A stretch of 64,000 bases of DNA. It comes from Terriglobia bacterium. GTDB lineage: Bacteria > Acidobacteriota > Terriglobia > UBA7540. Below the pieces are notes generated by a model. It searched no databases. It saw nothing but the letters and a program-made list of their open reading frames with translations, and was not told the DNA's origin. The position numbers were made by a program, and so were the translations under genes. Where the stretch lies: the NCBI GenBank assembly GCA_049583595.1, contig JBAUWE010000166.1:4913-68912 (forward strand), written 5' to 3'. Within the stretch, counting starts at the first letter, position 1. Each line of letters starts with the position of its first letter. Shown piece by piece: positions 62,563 to 64,000 of the stretch.

Positions 62563-63957
62563 TTATTTCAGCAGGAACTCATCAAAGTTCGATCCATGGA
62601 CCGCCACGTGGCAGCGTGTGCAGGGTCCAGAACCCTGGTAGCCACCCCGGCCGTGTGGTACGTTCGCCTGGCCGTGGAAGCCCGACGTGCCATGAATGGC
62701 GGAGTGGCACTGCAGGCAGAGCAGCCGCTGCTCACGGCGCTTCAGCAGGAAGTTGTTCACGCTTCCGTGCGGAGAGTGGCAAGCCGTGCAGCCTTCAACT
62801 CTCACGACTGCGTGCTCATAGACAAACGGCCCGCGCTTTTCCACGTGGCATTTGACGCAGCTCTCCCAATTCGCTTGCGTAAGCTGGTGGTGATTCATGG
62901 TGCCGTGCGGGTTATGGCAATCGGTACACTTCATGAAGCCCTCGGGAACCCGGTGATGCTCCGGCAATGCGAATTGCGCTTGCACAGTCCGGTGGCACCC
63001 GAAGCAAAGCTCAGGTTGCGGCTTCTTCAACAGGCCGTCATTCAGCCAGGCATTTTCCTCTTTCAGCCTTGGCACAGAGAAAAACGATGCCTGCGCGGGC
63101 TGGAGCGCGGGCTTCCCGGCATCCGCCACCTCAACCGGATGGATGCTATGGCAGTCCATACAACTGACTCCTGCCGTCGCATGAACCGAGTGCTGGAAAG
63201 CATCCTGCGGTGTCCCTGTCTGGTGGCACTGCATGCACCGCGCGGAGTTGTCCTTGGGGTTGGCGTCAAACTTGAAGATGAGCTTCATGCCCGCTTCCAT
63301 CTTGGCAACATCGCCAGCCGCATTCTGCTCAGCATTGGCGTGGGCGGCGCCCGGCCCGTGGCAGATCTCGCATCCCGTCACGTGCTGTGGCCCGGAGGGC
63401 GGCGGAGTTTGCGCCGATTCGTTCTGGTCCTGTCCCTTCAACGTCATCAGGTAATCAACAAGCTCGTTGAGGTTCTGGGTAGGGGTGTGCGGGGGAAGCG
63501 TGGGCATGATGGTTCCGGCCCGCCGCTTCAGCATCCGGTCCATCAACTCCTGGCGGGTCCTGCGCGCGCCCACGTCACCCAGGGCCGGGCCGGCTGTGCC
63601 GCCCTTGCCGCCAATCTGGTGACATCCCGCGCACATCATGTCGGTATAAAGCTTCCTGCCCGCCGCAACGGAGGGCGACTCCGCCGCTCCGGGGGAAGCC
63701 GGCGTGGCCTCGACCGCCCCGCCCTGTTCACCATGAGGCGACTTGAAAAATTGCCGGGCCTCCGCACGGTGGCAGCCCGCGCAAACCTGGGGACCAACAT
63801 AATCATTCGGATTGGTCTCCACAGGCGGCGTCCAGGCAACCGATGGCCCCTTGGCAGGGGCTGGCCGCCTTTGGGCGTAGAGAAATGCCGTGGGCAAAAA
63901 TCCAGCCAGGCAGATCAGCAACGCGGCGGTTTTGATGAAACTCAGCAGTCGCTTCAT
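62563..63957 (-). CDS. MtrA/DmsE-family-like multiheme c-type cytochrome, 11 CXXCH (decaheme core + inserted class I heme domain)
   Basis: ORF 62563..63990. ATG 63957 (MKRLLSF..) gives a signal peptide. Eleven CXXCH motifs. The C-terminal ..CTRCHVAVHGSNFDEFL resembles the DmsE/MtrA-family ending. Lies directly upstream of the barrel gene. Confidence 0.8.
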   Translation of the reverse strand: MKRLLSFIKTAALLICLAGFLPTAFLYAQRRPAPAKGPSVAWTPPVETNPNDYVGPQVCAGCHRAEARQFFKSPHGEQGGAVEATPASPGAAESPSVAAGRKLYTDMMCAGCHQIGGKGGTAGPALGDVGARRTRQELMDRMLKRRAGTIMPTLPPHTPTQNLNELVDYLMTLKGQDQNESAQTPPPSGPQHVTGCEICHGPGAAHANAEQNAAGDVAKMEAGMKLIFKFDANPKDNSARCMQCHQTGTPQDAFQHSVHATAGVSCMDCHSIHPVEVADAGKPALQPAQASFFSVPRLKEENAWLNDGLLKKPQPELCFGCHRTVQAQFALPEHHRVPEGFMKCTDCHNPHGTMNHHQLTQANWESCVKCHVEKRGPFVYEHAVVRVEGCTACHSPHGSVNNFLLKRREQRLLCLQCHSAIHGTSGFHGQANVPHGRGGYQGSGPCTRCHVAVHGSNFDEFLLK

Positions 63958-64000
63958 GTCGCTCTCCCCTCTTTCACATTCGTTAACCATTGAATTCCTC

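Noticed and set aside
62596-63993. 465-aa plus-strand ORF antisense to the MtrA-like cytochrome
   Set aside because: The minus-strand frame carries 11 CXXCH motifs and a signal peptide. The plus-strand frame has no features.
1-64000. Search for CRISPR arrays, rRNA, tRNA, tmRNA, RNase P and SRP RNA signatures
   Set aside because: No regularly spaced repeat arrays or conserved RNA core motifs were seen by eye. Absence cannot be proven without covariance-model scans.

Overview
High-GC chromosomal segment of 64 kb. I found no rRNA, tRNA or CRISPR. An Oar-like TonB-dependent receptor, many Tat-exported sugar and sugar-acid enzymes and GC-rich REP-like hairpins suggest a soil Acidobacteria-like organism; this is inference only. 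About 50 CDS are supportable. (i) 0-10 kb and 31-39 kb hold carbohydrate and sugar-acid oxidation genes. Five of them carry twin-arginine signals, including three enolase-superfamily dehydratases. (ii) 10.5-18.9 kb holds tandem small membrane-protein paralogs, an AraC regulator, a TonB receptor, a 5'-truncated IS1182-type transposase relic and an AT-rich repeat island. (iii) 18.9-21.4 kb encodes a GH31 alpha-glucosidase. (iv) 22.4-30.5 kb is a CusCBA-type Cu/Ag efflux operon with unusual accessory genes. (v) 39.9-51.6 kb is a stress and regulatory block: Pat-like acetyltransferase, universal stress proteins, sigma54 activator, pseudo-receiver, STAS protein, a Crp/Fnr regulator and an HTH-less paralog. 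(vi) 51.6-55.5 kb holds cydAB and ackA. (vii) 55.7-64.0 kb is an eight-gene multiheme cytochrome cluster with 30 CXXCH motifs, and the window ends about 40 nt upstream of its first gene. It looks like a complete conduit from outer membrane to quinone pool, built from an MtrA/DmsE-like cytochrome, an MtrB/PioB-like porin, soluble cytochromes, a split CbcL-like module and an ImcH-like protein. This cluster is the strongest candidate for an interesting system. A second notable signal is a set of TGTGA-N6-TCACA palindromes, each 32-34 bp upstream of a -10-like hexamer. They match the CRP-type recognition helix of the locally encoded Crp/Fnr protein, and two share a 29-nt composite motif in front of candidate small RNAs. 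All functional calls rest on motif recognition by eye. No database search was possible.
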